A DNA stretch of 64,000 nt from Mustelus asterias (lineage: Eukaryota), in contig NW_027590137.1 in NCBI RefSeq assembly GCF_964213995.1, forward strand, positions 806,001 to 870,000. The letters run 5' to 3'. This document shows, one piece after another, positions 23,561-35,658 of this stretch; position 1 is the stretch's first letter, and every line of letters starts with the position of its first letter. The position numbers and the translations under genes were made by a program. The notes beneath the pieces are model-generated. The model was not told where the DNA came from. It did not search any database and was given only the letters and a program-made list of their open reading frames with translations.

Positions 23561-26080
23561 ATAACTGCACTGGCACGGATGATTCATGTAAAGAATTCAC
23601 TTCAGGTGGTTGGAGGGTAGAATCCCTGTCAATTGGTCTATGGGAGAAATCCCTAATTCCCCTCTGTGCCGGGCGATCGCCCTCCTGCTTTAAAGGGATA
23701 CAATTAGTTCCATTTTCAGTCATCAATTATCTGATTGTTCCATGAAAAGAATTGTTCGAAGCAACAAATTATTGGAGATACCAGAAGAGGGTTTCTTCAT
23801 GTGTAACGTTTGGACTGAAGAAGAAAAACCATCTTTTTCTTCGATTTGTTTTGAAACACTGTTTGTGTGAATTTTTGCGATCCCGGTCAGGACTGTTAAC
23901 GTTTGCAGAGAAATTCGAACACCCGGTGATTAACTGAAAGAATTACATCACAAGATTCCACATTGTTAAACAAAAACAAACTTTACTGTATGTTTAAATA
24001 AAATTTAAAAAGACAACACTACAAATTGAATACAATAAAGATTTATGATATAAACCTAGTTCTGTTTTTTTACCTCACCCCAAGAGTTTCTTTATACTTA
24101 ATATCTTGAAGTTTCATTCACTTCTGTTCCTCGGACCATCCCAAAGGTATGTCAAAGCTCTCAATTCACTCTAATTCTCCCCAGTACTCCAGATATTCTC
24201 CAAGCTCCAAGAGTTTATGGGAGTCCATCCATTATCTTTTCATTAAACAAGCCTCCAATTTTCCTTTAAGCTCTCAAACTGTGGACTCCTCAGTCCAAAC
24301 ATGAGCTTCACTGCATTCTTGCTGAGGGATTTAAATGTTGGAAACACCCCTGGTTTCTAATGGTCCTCTCAGCTTCTAGTCCCACAGCTGGTTCACAGCT
24401 CCTGATCCCACAACTGGTGGCTTCCAAGCTAACTGCAGACTGTCCGCTGTCTATCTGTGGAACCAGGTCATTGATTGGAAAGGACTCAAAAGGTTACGGG
24501 GAAAAGGCAGGAGAATGGGATTGAGATTTATCAGCCATGATCGAATGGCACAGCAGATTCGATGGGCCGAATAGCCTAATTCTGCTCCTATATCTTATGG
24601 TCTAATTCTAACCAAGGCTCCACCCTGAATCACATATCCCCATGGTAACAGAGACCAGGTGGAATATCTGTCAGATATTTAGCTTCAAAACTAAACCCTT
24701 TTTCCCTGAGGTCTGCATGAAAAATTCACCGAACAAAAACAGTACAATAATTGTCAGTCCCAATGTCTCCAGCTAAAAGATCCAGCTGACCTTTTACAGT
24801 TCTTACCTCTCGAGTTTTGACTTCTTAAACCAACATGGGCCATGCTTTGTGACTGCGAATTCCCTGAGGGTGTTTTCATCAGATTCTCAATCCAGGTTTT
24901 CCATTTTTTAAAAGCAATTCTTGCAACTAATTCATATTTCTAAAACATAGGAATTATGAAATTAGATTTCTGTACCAAAAACAGGAAAAAATGGAAATGT
25001 ATCACCTTCATAATATCCCATTTAGAATATTACAATATACAACATGCTGTATATCTTAACAACAGCCATGATCTTATTGAATGGTGGAGCAGGCTCGAAG
25101 GGCCAAATGGCCTCCTCCTGTTCCTAAATCCACTGTTTTCCTGTGTTGATCTATCTTATAACCTGCAATAGACACAATAATCCCTCCATTGTCTACTTCA
25201 CATTCACAAGTCCAGCTTGGTAACAGCACACTGCTGGGTTCCATGTCCAGGAATCTCAGTCCACTGAAGATGGAAATTACTGCTTGCAGTCTTTTCTGAA
25301 AGTTTTCTTCTTACAATAATTATAGTCCAAAGTTCCTCCTGCAAAAGGAGAGTCTTCATTGCTGTTCATTTGTGAATTTTCAAGTTCTATTTTGAAAACA
25401 GTCTGTACAGAGTTCACATTTTGAAATTTATTTTCTTCCATGTTTGCAGTTCCTCCATTGTTTAAATCCAGAGAGAATATTCCAGTCAATTCCACATTGA
25501 AACTGTCTTCTTCTTGCTCAGTTATAGCTGATTCCTTTATTGTCCAGGACAATATATTCACAATATCTTTAAAACAGAAATTAAACATTCCCATTTGATT
25601 TCAGACAGGAACATATTCTGTTCATTTGTTCTTTATTGTCAATGTCAGGCTGGTGTTGTTCTCCTTGGAGCAAAGGAGGTTGAGGGGAGATTTGATAGAG
25701 GTGGACAAGATTCTGACAGGTTTAGATAAGGTGGACAAAGAAAAGCTGTTCCCATTAGCTGAAGGGACAAGGACGAGGGGGACACAGATTTCTTGTTTCG
25801 GGTCAGAGATGCAAGCGGGGAGGGGAGATGTGAGGAAGAATATTCTGATGCAGCGAATGGTAATGACCTGAAACTCGCTGCCTACGAGGGTGGAGGAAGT
25901 GGAGACAATAAACAATTACAAAGGAAATTGGATGAGCATTTGGGATGTTCCAAACAGAACGAAGAACAAAGAAAATTTTGTTTTCTCAAAGAAAACAAAA
26001 AAAAAACAAAAAAAAGAACAAAGAAAATCCATCAAGACATCATTTGACTGAGTTTGGCAGAAAGGGACCGACGCAGGGTT

Positions 26081-27840
26081 ACATAGAACATAGAACATAG
26101 AAAGCCACAGCACAAACAGGCCCTTCGGCCCACAAGTTGCGCCGATCACATCCCCACCTCTAGGCCTATCTATAGCCCTCAATCCCATTAAATCCCATGT
26201 ACTCATCCAGAAGTCTCTTAAAAGACCCCAACGAGTTTGCCTCCACCACCACCGACGTCAGCCGATTCCACTCACCCACCACCCTCTGAGTGAAAAACTT
26301 ACCCCTGACATCTCCTCTGTACCTACCCCCCAGCACCTTAAACCTGTGTCCTCTCGTAGCAACCATTTCAGCCCTTGGAAATAGCCTCTGAGAGTCTACC
26401 CTATCCAGACCTCTCAACATCTTGTAAACCTCTATCAGGTCACCTCTCATCCTTCGTCTCTCCAGGGAGAAGAGACCAAGCTCCCTCAACCTATCCTCAT
26501 AAGGCATGCCCCCCAATCCAGGCAACATCCTTGTAAATCTCCTCTGCACCCTTTCAATGGCTTCAACATCTTTCCTGTAATGAGGTGACCAGAACTGCGC
26601 GCAGTACTCCAAGTGGGGTCTAACCAGGGTCCTATAAAGCTGCAGCATTATCTCCCGACTCCTAAACTCAATCCCTCGATTAATGAAGGCCAGTACGCCG
26701 TACGCCTTCTTGACCGCATCCTCCACCTGTGAGGCCGATTTAAGAGTCCTATGGACCCGGACCCCAAGGTCCTTCTGATCCTCTACACTGCTAAGAATGG
26801 TACCCTTCATTTTATACTGCTGCTTCATCCCATTGGTTCTGCCAAAATGGATCACCACACACTTATCCGGGTTGAAGTCCATCTGCCACTTCTCCGCCCA
26901 GTCTTGCATTCTATCTATGTCTCGCTGCAACTTCTGACATCCCTCCAAACTATCCACAACACCACCTACCTTGGTGTCGTCAGCAAACTTACCAACCCAT
27001 CCCTCCACTTCCTCATCCAGGTCATTTATGAAAATGACAAACAGCAAGGGTCCCAGAACAGATCCCTGGGGCACTCCACTGGTCACTGACCTCCATGCAG
27101 AGAAAGACCCCTCCACAGCCACTCTCTGCCTTCTGCAGGCAAGCCAGTTCTGGATCCACAAGGCAACAGCCCCTTGGATCCCATGCCCTCTCACTTTCTC
27201 AAGAAGTCTTGCATGGGGGACTTTATCGAACGCCTTGCTGAAGTCCATATAGACCACATCCACCGCTCTTCCTTCGTCAATGTGTTTGGTCACATTTTCA
27301 AAGAACTCAACCAGGCTCGTAAGGCACGACCTGCCCTTGACAAAGCCGTGCTGACTACTTTTGATCATACTAAACTTCTCTAGATGATCATAAATCCTGT
27401 CTCTCAGGATCCTCTCCATCAACTTACCAACCACTGAGGTTAGACTCACCGGTCGGTAATTTCCCGGGCTGTCCCTGTTCCCTTTCTTGAATATAGGGAC
27501 CACATCTGCAATCCTCCAATCCTCCGGAACCTCTCCTGTCTCCATCGACGATGCAAAGATCATCGCCAAAGGCTCCGCAATCTCCTCCCTCGCCTCCCAC
27601 AGTAACCTGGGGTACATCCCATCCGGTCCCGGCGACTTACCAACCTTGATGCCATTCAATAGTTCCAACACATCCTCTTTCTTTATGTCCACATGCTCGA
27701 TCCTTTCTGTCCACCGCAAACCAGCAGTACAACCACCCAGATCCCTTTCCACCGTGAATACCGAGGTAAAGTATTCATTAAGCACCTCCGCCATTTCTAA
27801 CGGTTCCGCACAAACTTTTCCCCCTTCACCTTTTAAGGGT
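26081..27840 (-). mobile_element. young 5'-truncated CR1 with an uninterrupted RT frame
   Basis: Stop-free from about 27840 to 26166; (AGAACAT)n tail. The N-terminal ~40 aa of the track ORF come from flanking DNA. Confidence 0.95.
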
Positions 27841-30088
27841 TGGAGTCGGTGGGATTCGGGGGGGAACTCTCCACCGGTTGGGGATATACCAGGTACAGAC
27901 GAGGATGGCTGTGGTTGTTGGAGGTCAGTCATCACTGCAAGGGTCACTGCAGGGTTCATCTAAAACTCTGCTGGCCATGTTTAAACTCACATTAAGTGTT
28001 GTTCCACTATCACCCTTGTGCACGATGATCCACCCAGTAAAGCAACAACTTAATATTAAAATTCTCATCCTTGGTTTCAAATCACTCCATGACCTTGCCT
28101 GTCCCAATATCTATAATCTCCTATAAGCCCCACAACCCTCAATATATTACACTGCTCTAATTCTGGTCTTTAGTTTGTCCCTGACCTTGCTTCACCAGTG
28201 CAAGCTCTACCTTCAGTTGCTTAGGCTCCAACCTCTGGAATACCATCCCTACACGTCTCCAACTCTCCACCTCGCTTAACTCATTTAACACACCCCTTAA
28301 AATCTACCACTTTGACCAAACTTTTGGTCATCTAACCTAATATCTTCTTTGTGGCTCAATATCATACTTTATTTTACAATGCTCCTTGGATGTTTTATTA
28401 TTTCAAGGCGCGATATAAATATATTTTGTTGTTCCTCATGTCTCCTGGGCCTCATCATTTTCAGCTGCTTCATTAATTACCGTCTCCCCACTGTAGGGTC
28501 GGAAACGGGGATGTTCACTGATGATTGCAGTGCATATTACCATTCACAACTCTGAATACTGAAGCTGCCCGCATGCAGCGCAGGACCAGGACAACATTCA
28601 GGTTAGAGCTGATTGTCAATTCATACTGACACCACATAATTATCAGGAAATATCTATTTCCAGCAAGAAAATCTAACCATCTTCCCTTGATATTCAATGG
28701 CATTACCATCAGTGAATGTCCCACCAGCAATAACTTTGGGGTTACCATTGACCAGTCATTTAAATACTGTGGTTACAAGAGCAGATCAGAGGTTGGGAGT
28801 TTTGTGGCAGGTTACTCACTTAATGACTCCCCAAAGGCTTGCCATGATTCACAAGGTATAAATCAGGAGTAAGGTGGAATATTCCCTACCTGGATGAGTG
28901 TATCTGCAACAATTTTGTAGATCCTATCCAGGACAAAGTAGCCCGCCTGATCAGCATCTCAAATACCACCTTAAACATTCACTCTCCACCATTAGCCCAC
29001 AATGGTGGCAGTGTATCCCACATATTAGATGCACTGCAAGAAATCACCAAGGCTGTTTTCACAGCATGTTTGAAGTCGGAAAATATACCTCTATAGGCTG
29101 GTATGAGTCAAAATACAGTCATGCTTTATTCTCATAAGCTTATGGGAGAACTTGCGGAAGCCAAAGTTCTCTCTGAACACAAGAAGCATGGATATTTATA
29201 CATCAGGGTTCCCAATACAAGTCATGAAGCAAAGTCCAGTTAACAGTCCTTGATCATAAATTATAGTTCCTTTAACAGCTTCTGATAGTCTCTGGATCAT
29301 GGTTAGAGACCATCTGGTATCCTTGGGTCATAAAGCACAATTCTCCTGGTAGTCGAAGCCAAGGTGTCACCTCTGATCCCCTGCTCTTCCCGCAGCGTTT
29401 CCTTTGAAGTGACTGAGTGACTGAGTGCAACTGTCCCAGTGGGAGTCCTCCTTCAAACGGCCATTCTCGCACTCTACCATTTCCTTCCTTTGTTTAAATC
29501 ATACACAAGCCTACGAGAAAGAAAGACTTATCCCCCAACATCTATATTTAACTGTCTGTTTTATCAGAATGATATAAACAAGCGAGGGAACCATGAACAA
29601 ATAGCTTATACTAAAAGTAAAAGATGAAAGACATGAACAAATGGCTTATATTACTACCAGGAGCAATATAAACAAAAAGGAGGCTCGCCACAAGGAAGGG
29701 CTATGTTTGTGATACATTCCAGGTACAAAGTTCAACCTTTTAGGCACAAAATACATTGAGTACAAAAAACATTAACCCTTTCCCTTCTTCAATGTTCCAA
29801 ACCCTAACTTCTACCACTTGAAAAACAAGTGCAGCCAGCGTATGGGAATGCCACCATCTGTAAATTGTACTCCACATCACATACCATTCTGACTTGAAAA
29901 TCAATCACCATTCCTTCTCTGTCACTGCATCAAATTCCTGGAACTCCCTAACAGCGTTGTGGGTATACCTACACCAGATGGATTGCAGCAATTCAAGAAA
30001 GTGGCTCATTTTCTTTACAAGAGCAATCAGTGATGCGCAATGAATGTTGGCCTTGCCAGTCACATTCACATCCCCTGAAAGAATAAAA
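27841..30088 (+). mobile_element. old LINE 3' half interrupted by an L2-like fragment (about 27965-28430) and a solo LTR
   Basis: Degenerate RT motifs (GMFTDDC); 3' end matches the 8766 family; sequence rejoins across both inserts. Confidence 0.6.
29071..29791 (-). mobile_element. solo LTR, 721 bp, with 5-bp TSD
   Basis: TGAAG...CTTCA termini; ATGTT at 29066-29070 and 29792-29796; AATAAA on the minus strand near 29125. Confidence 0.8.
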
Positions 30089-30204
30089 CAAAATCCTCAT
30101 CCCTGGTATCATTCTCAGCCATGAGTACTGCAGTTATCAATGAACAGCTCCGCTTTCGACTTTATGATGGGGGGAGGGTCATTGGTGGAGCAATGTCAAG
30201 ACAC

Positions 30205-31110
30205 ATCTTAAAGTCACTATCGTATCTGCTTCCACTACCTTCCCCGGCAACGAGTTCCAGGCACCCACCACCCTCAGTGTAAAAAACCTGCCTTGTACAT
30301 CTCCTTTAAACCTTGCCCCTCACACCTTAAACCTATGCCCCTGGTAATTGACTCTTCCACCCTGGGAAAAAGCTTCTGATTATCCACTCTGTCCATGCCC
30401 CTCATAATCTTGTAGACTTCTATCAGGTTGCCCTCCTCAACCTCCGTTGTTCCAGTGAGAACAAACCACGTTTCTCCAACTTCTCCTCATAGCTAATGCC
30501 CTCCACACCAGGCAACATCCTGATGAATATTTTCCATACCCTCTCCAAAGCCTCCACATCCTTCTGGTAGTGTGGTGACCAGAATTGAACACTAGATTCC
30601 AAGTGCGGTTTAACTAAGGTTCTATAAAGCTGCAACATGACTTGCCAATTTTTAAACTCAATGCCCCGGCCGATGAAGGCAAGCATGCCGTATGCCTTCT
30701 TGACTATCTTCTCCACCTGCATTGCCACTTTCAATGACCTGTGTACCTGTACACCCAGATCCCTCTGCCTATCAATACTCTGAAGGGTTCTGCCATTTAC
30801 TGTATATTTCCCATCTGTATTAGACCTTCCAAAATGCATTACCTCACATTTGTCCAGATTAAACTTCATCTGCCATTTCTTCGCCCAAGTCTCCAACTGA
30901 TCTATATCCTGCTGTATCCTCTGCCGGTCCCCATCGCTATCCGCAATTCCACCAACCTTTGTGCCGTCCACAAACTTACCAATCAAACCAGTTACATTTT
31001 CCTCCAAATCATTTATATATATTACAAACATCAAAAGTCCCAGCACTGATCCCTGAGGAATGTCACTTGTCACAGCCCTCCATTCAGAAAGGTACCTTTG
31101 CACTGCCAAC
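30205..31110 (-). mobile_element. CR1 RT fragment
   Basis: ORF 30423-31109 with degenerate PQGSVLG and FVDG; inverted paralog at 36960-37428. Confidence 0.9.
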
Positions 31111-31360
31111 CTCTGTTTTCTTCTGACTAAATATCTCGAAACTTCCTAACACCCTGTCACTCTGTGATCCTTGTGACATTTGAAACCAGCTATTCACAAA
31201 AAGACTCAAAGAGCATCAGCCCACTGGAGGCAGAGACCAGCCAGTCCAGCACAAAGAAACTCTCTGACCCTTCCCATTGACCAACTGTGAGAATGAACAA
31301 AATGCAGTCCTGGATGCAACTGAGAGCAGAAACAATAACAGCAGAATCCTACCCCTGGAA

Positions 31361-32443
31361 TCACTCGTGAACTTGTTGATGTCTCAGCAGCTGGGATGAA
31401 ACTCTGAATCCCTTCCCACACTGAGAGCAGGTGAACGGCCTCTCCCCAGTGTGAACTCGCTGGTGTGTCTGTAGGTCAGATGAGTTTGTGAATCCCTTCC
31501 CACACTGAGAGCAGATGAATGGTCTCTCCCCAGTGTGGAATCGCTGGTGTATCCTCAGGTGGGATGACCGAATGAATCCCTTCCCACACTGAGAGCAGGT
31601 GAACGGTCTCTCCCCAGTGTGAACTCGCTGGTGTCTCTGCAGGTGGGATGATCGAGTGAATCCCTCCCCACATTGAGAGCAGGTAAATGGCCTCTCTCCA
31701 GTGTGAACTCGCTGGTGTGACTGCAGGTTGGATGACCAAGTGAATCCCTCCCCACACTGAGAGCAGGTGAATGGCCTCTCCCCAGTGTGAACTCGCTGGT
31801 GTGTCTGCAGGCTGGATAACTCAATGAATCCCTTCCCACACTGAGAGCAGGTGAATGGCCTCTCCCCAGTGTGAACTCGCTGGTGTGTCTGCAGGCTGGA
31901 TAACTGAGTGAATCCCTTCCCACACTGAGAGCAGGTGAACGGCCTCTCTCCAGTGTGAACTCGCTGGTGTGTCTGCAGGCTGGATAACTGAGTGAATCCC
32001 TTCCCACACTGAGAGCAGGTGAATGGCCTCTCCCCAGTGTGAACTCGCTGGTGTGTCTGCAGGCTGGATAACTCAATGAATCCCTTCCCACACTGAGAGC
32101 AGGTGAATGGCCTCTCCCCAGTGTGAACTCGCTGGTGTGTCTGCAGGCTGGATAACTGAGTGAATCCCTTCCCACACTGAGAGCAGGTGAACGGCCTCTC
32201 CCCAGTGTGAACTCGCTGGTGTGTCCGCAGGTGGGATAACCGAGTGAATCCCTTCCCACACTGAGAGCAGGTGAATGGCCTCTCCCCAGTGTGAACTCGC
32301 TGGTGTGTCCGTAAGCTGGATAACTGATTAAATCCCTTCTCACACTGAGAGCAGGTGAATGGCCTCTCCCCAGTGTGGCTGCGCCGATGAACTTCCAGCT
32401 CTGATGGGGCTCTGTATCTCTTCCCACAGTCCCACATTTCCAT
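31361..32443 (-). CDS. C2H2 zinc-finger protein, 12 intact fingers, in frame only from the second ATG
   Basis: A 1-nt deletion in the first finger puts the usual ATG (32454) out of frame; accATGG at 32443 is in the finger frame (360 aa). Confidence 0.7.
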   Translation of the reverse strand: MEMWDCGKRYRAPSELEVHRRSHTGERPFTCSQCEKGFNQLSSLRTHQRVHTGERPFTCSQCGKGFTRLSHLRTHQRVHTGERPFTCSQCGKGFTQLSSLQTHQRVHTGERPFTCSQCGKGFIELSSLQTHQRVHTGERPFTCSQCGKGFTQLSSLQTHQRVHTGERPFTCSQCGKGFTQLSSLQTHQRVHTGERPFTCSQCGKGFIELSSLQTHQRVHTGERPFTCSQCGEGFTWSSNLQSHQRVHTGERPFTCSQCGEGFTRSSHLQRHQRVHTGERPFTCSQCGKGFIRSSHLRIHQRFHTGERPFICSQCGKGFTNSSDLQTHQRVHTGERPFTCSQCGKGFRVSSQLLRHQQVHE

Positions 32444-32940
32444 GGTTTCTCCATGATGCAGGTGTCCTTGCCTCTCTCTTGGGTGGACAATTAGTTGAAA
32501 CTTCGTCCACACACAGAACAAGATTACAGTCTCCACCCGCTGTGAATGGTGTGATATTTATTCAGACTGTGTAACTGGTTAAAGCTCTTTAGTCAGTGCA
32601 GTGGAACACTCTCACTCAAGTGTGGCAGTGTGTTGGTGCTTTTTCACTCACACTGACATTTCAAATCTTTTCAAATCGACAGACTGGACAATCATTTCTC
32701 CTTCTGGATTCAAAATCCGATGATATTGAGGTCCCAAGGGATATGACTCTGTCACGTCTAGACGTGACGTTTGAGATTTCAGCCTGTGATTCCTCTTTCA
32801 AGATCCTGTAAAATGAGTTTCCAAAAGTCATCAGTGTCAGTACAGGATAGAAATTCAGAACAGACAATTTCTATGGAACATTCTTTCCTCTCTCATTTCC
32901 CAAAACCTGGAAATCTCCATCCCACACACTCTCTCCCCAT

Positions 32941-33126
32941 TCTCAGCAGGTCTGGCAGCATCTGTATGGAGAGAAAAGAACTGATGTTTCAGAGCTTTGA
33001 CAAAGGGTCATCTCGACAAGAAACATCAACTCTTTTCTCTCCTTACAAATGCTGCTAGAACTGCTGAGATTTTCCAGCATTTTCTCTCTTGGTTTCAGAT
33101 TCCAGCATCCGCAGTAATTTGCTTTT
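32941..33126. mobile_element. Penelope-like palindromic element, family B
   Basis: tctcagcagg...ctgctgaga inverted arms, degenerate hammerhead core and tail ttccagcatccgcagt. Confidence 0.65.
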
Positions 33127-33845
33127 ATAAGGCTGCAGATACCTCCTCCCAAGTAACATGCGTGTGCCCAAGACATCACCACTTGTTTCCCTTATTTCTT
33201 TAGCACCCATGGTGCTCTCCGCAGTAAACACAGAGGAGAAGTATTCATTAAAAATCTCACCCATCTCCTGTGGCTCCACACACAGATGGCCATACTGATT
33301 TTTAAGGGGATCTATTCTCTCTCTAGCCACCCTTTTACTCTTAATATATCTATAGAACCTCTTGGAATTTTCTTTAATCTTACCTGCCAGATCCATATCA
33401 TACCCTCTTTTTGTCCTCCTGATTTCCCTCTTCAGTATTTTCTTACACTTTTTATAGTCAGAGTGATTCACTTGTCCCCGATTGCCTAAACCCAATGTAT
33501 GCTTCCTTCTTTTACCTGACCAGAGCCTCAATGTCCCTTGTCTGCCAGAGATCCCTAAATTTACCATTCTTTCCCTTCATCTTAACAGGAATATACTGCC
33601 CCTGGACTCTTGATATCACACTTTTAAAACCTCCCATTTGCCAGTCATTCCTTTCCCTTCAAACAAACTCACCTAATCGACATCTGCTCGATCCTGCCTA
33701 ATGCCCACAAAAGTGGCCCTGCTCCAGTTTAGGGCCTTGACCTGTGAACCTGTCCGATCTTTTTCAAGAACTATTTTGAAACTATTGGTGCTCCCAATCG
33801 TGCTCCCTGACTGACACTTCAGTCACTTGCTCGACCTCATTTCCT
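33127..33845 (-). mobile_element. decayed CR1 ORF2 fragment
   Basis: KKILKREIRRTKRG...KENSKRFYRYIKSKR. Confidence 0.8.
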
Positions 33846-34006
33846 AACTATCCAATAGAAAGTGAGTCCAGGAATTGATAATGAAAAATAAGGAGCTGGG
33901 AGATGAATTGAACAAGTATTTTGCCTCGGTGTTCACAATAGAGGATACAGTTAAAACTCAGAAACACCTGGAAATCAGAATAGTAATTTATTAATAATAA
34001 TGAATA

Positions 34007-34432
34007 ATAAATTGTCACTTGGTATCAGGGGGATTAACAGGGAAATATGTGGATAGGGCCTGGATGGGATTGTTGTCGGTGCAGACTCGATGGGCCGAAT
34101 GGCCTCCTTCTGCACTGTAGGGTTTCTATGATAAAATACAGTGTAGGAGGAGGCCATTCAGCCCATCGAGCCTGCACCAACAATAATCCCATCCAGGCCC
34201 TATCCACATATTTCCCTGTTAATCCCCCTGATACCAAGTGACAATTTATCATAGCCAATCCGTCTAACCGGCACATCTTTGGACTGTGGAAGGAAACCGG
34301 AACACCCGGAGGAAACCCACACAGACACGGGGGGAATGTAGAAACTCTGCACAGACAGCGACCCGAGGCTGGAATTGAACCCGGGTCCCTGGCGCTGTTA
34401 GGCAGCTGCACTAACCACTGTGCCACCGGGCC
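34007..34432 (-). mobile_element. HE1-type V-SINE (34137-34432, minus) with a tail-to-tail inverted partial copy (34007-34130, plus)
   Basis: tRNA A/B boxes, V-domain gggtttcctccgggtg and CR1-type tail. Confidence 0.85.
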
Positions 34433-34488
34433 ACATGTCAGTGCCATCGCCCGACTCCAGCCCAGTCTCAGCTCATCTGGAACCCTCA

Positions 34489-34650
34489 TCCATTTCATTG
34501 TGATGTCACACACTCACACCCATTCCATTGTGACCTCACACCCTCACCCATTCCATTGTGACGTCACACCCTCACTCATTCCATTGTGACGTCACACTCT
34601 CACCCATTCCATTGTGACGTCACACCCTCACCCATTCCATTGTGACGTCA
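34489..34650. repeat. 28-bp minisatellite carrying CRE palindromes, 6 units
   Basis: ccattccattgtgacgtcacaccctcac; four perfect TGACGTCA. Confidence 0.93.
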
Positions 34651-34654
34651 GGGC

Positions 34655-35140
34655 TTCCCTCTCCGATCACAATCCCTGCCGGCCTCCCACATGCAGCCTC
34701 AATGGCGGCAGTCAGCCCGGGTCTAACACTACAAGCTGCCGCTCCATTTGGTACAAAGGGGGGGACCGGTAAGTTCATTTCCTGGGTTTAGGTTTGAACA
34801 ACATGTTTACAAAGCCTCTCCACCCACCCGCCACATTTATCATTCCCCGCGCGCCCCCTCTACCTCGTATTGATCTCGCTTCCAAATTAAAACCATCCGC
34901 CTTTCCGTCGCCATTACCCGCATTGCGCATGCTTCAGATCCCGCCCCTCATTCACTCCGATTGGTTGGAGGACCAGCCACGCCCGCTCGGTCCTCCAACC
35001 CCGCCCCCTCTTCCTATTGGTCCGGAGCTGCCGTCAATCAGCCCCCGGGCATTGTGATGTGGAGCATGCGCAGTGTCATTGCTGTCCTTGGCGCTTGTTT
35101 GTCCCGGAGAAGCGGAGTCAGCGTTAGGCGGTGGCTGGGA
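34655..35140. promoter_or_regulatory. CpG-island bidirectional ZNF promoter
   Basis: aatggcggc (YY1-like), tgcgcatgc (NRF1-like), two ATTGG boxes and GC boxes; 34942 onward is paralogous to 53195 onward. Confidence 0.7.
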
Positions 35141-35493
35141 GGATTTGGAAACACTTTGTGGATCCGCAAACCCTTCAGAATCATTGTCAGCTCCCTGGTT
35201 TGCAGCTGCGGGGCTTCTCCCTCCCTCCCTCCCGGGAACAGGCCCCGGTTAACGGCCCCATCCTGGCTCAGCCACTGGAGGATGGTTCACATCAGAGGAT
35301 GGGGGAGGGGGACAATAAATAAGAGGTTACACTTTGTCCTCAAATCAATGAGGACTCTGATCTCTGGGAAGGAAGGAAACCCTGGGAGGTGGGCGGGGAG
35401 GATTCACAAACACCCGCTGGAGGCCCCAACACCCCCAATAAGACCCATTGGTTTTATTGTCAGTCTGCAGACAGCAGCTGGAGAACTGAACCC

Positions 35494-35658
35494 AGTAAGA
35501 GTTTTAACAACACCAGGTTAAAGTCCAACAGGTTTATTTGGTAGCAAACACCATTAGCTACCATTAGGTGTTTGCTACCAAATAAACCTGTTGGACTTTA
35601 ACCTGGTGTTAAAACTCTTACTGTGTTCACCCCAGTCCAACGCCGGCATCTCCACATC
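35494..35658 (+). mobile_element. Penelope-like fold-back insertion, family A, with 12-14-bp TSD
   Basis: AGAACTGAACCCAG at 35482-35495 and 35659-35672; empty site in the paralog at 53737-53750. Confidence 0.9.

Noticed and set aside
27841-27959. N-terminal extension giving an ATG-started 597-aa RT (domestication)
   Set aside because: Chance read-in from the antisense strand of an older LINE; the CR1 is simply young and truncated.
32990-33035. Active hammerheads in family-B Penelope copies
   Set aside because: Cores are mutated (for example TTGACAA for CTGANGA) in every copy I could read.
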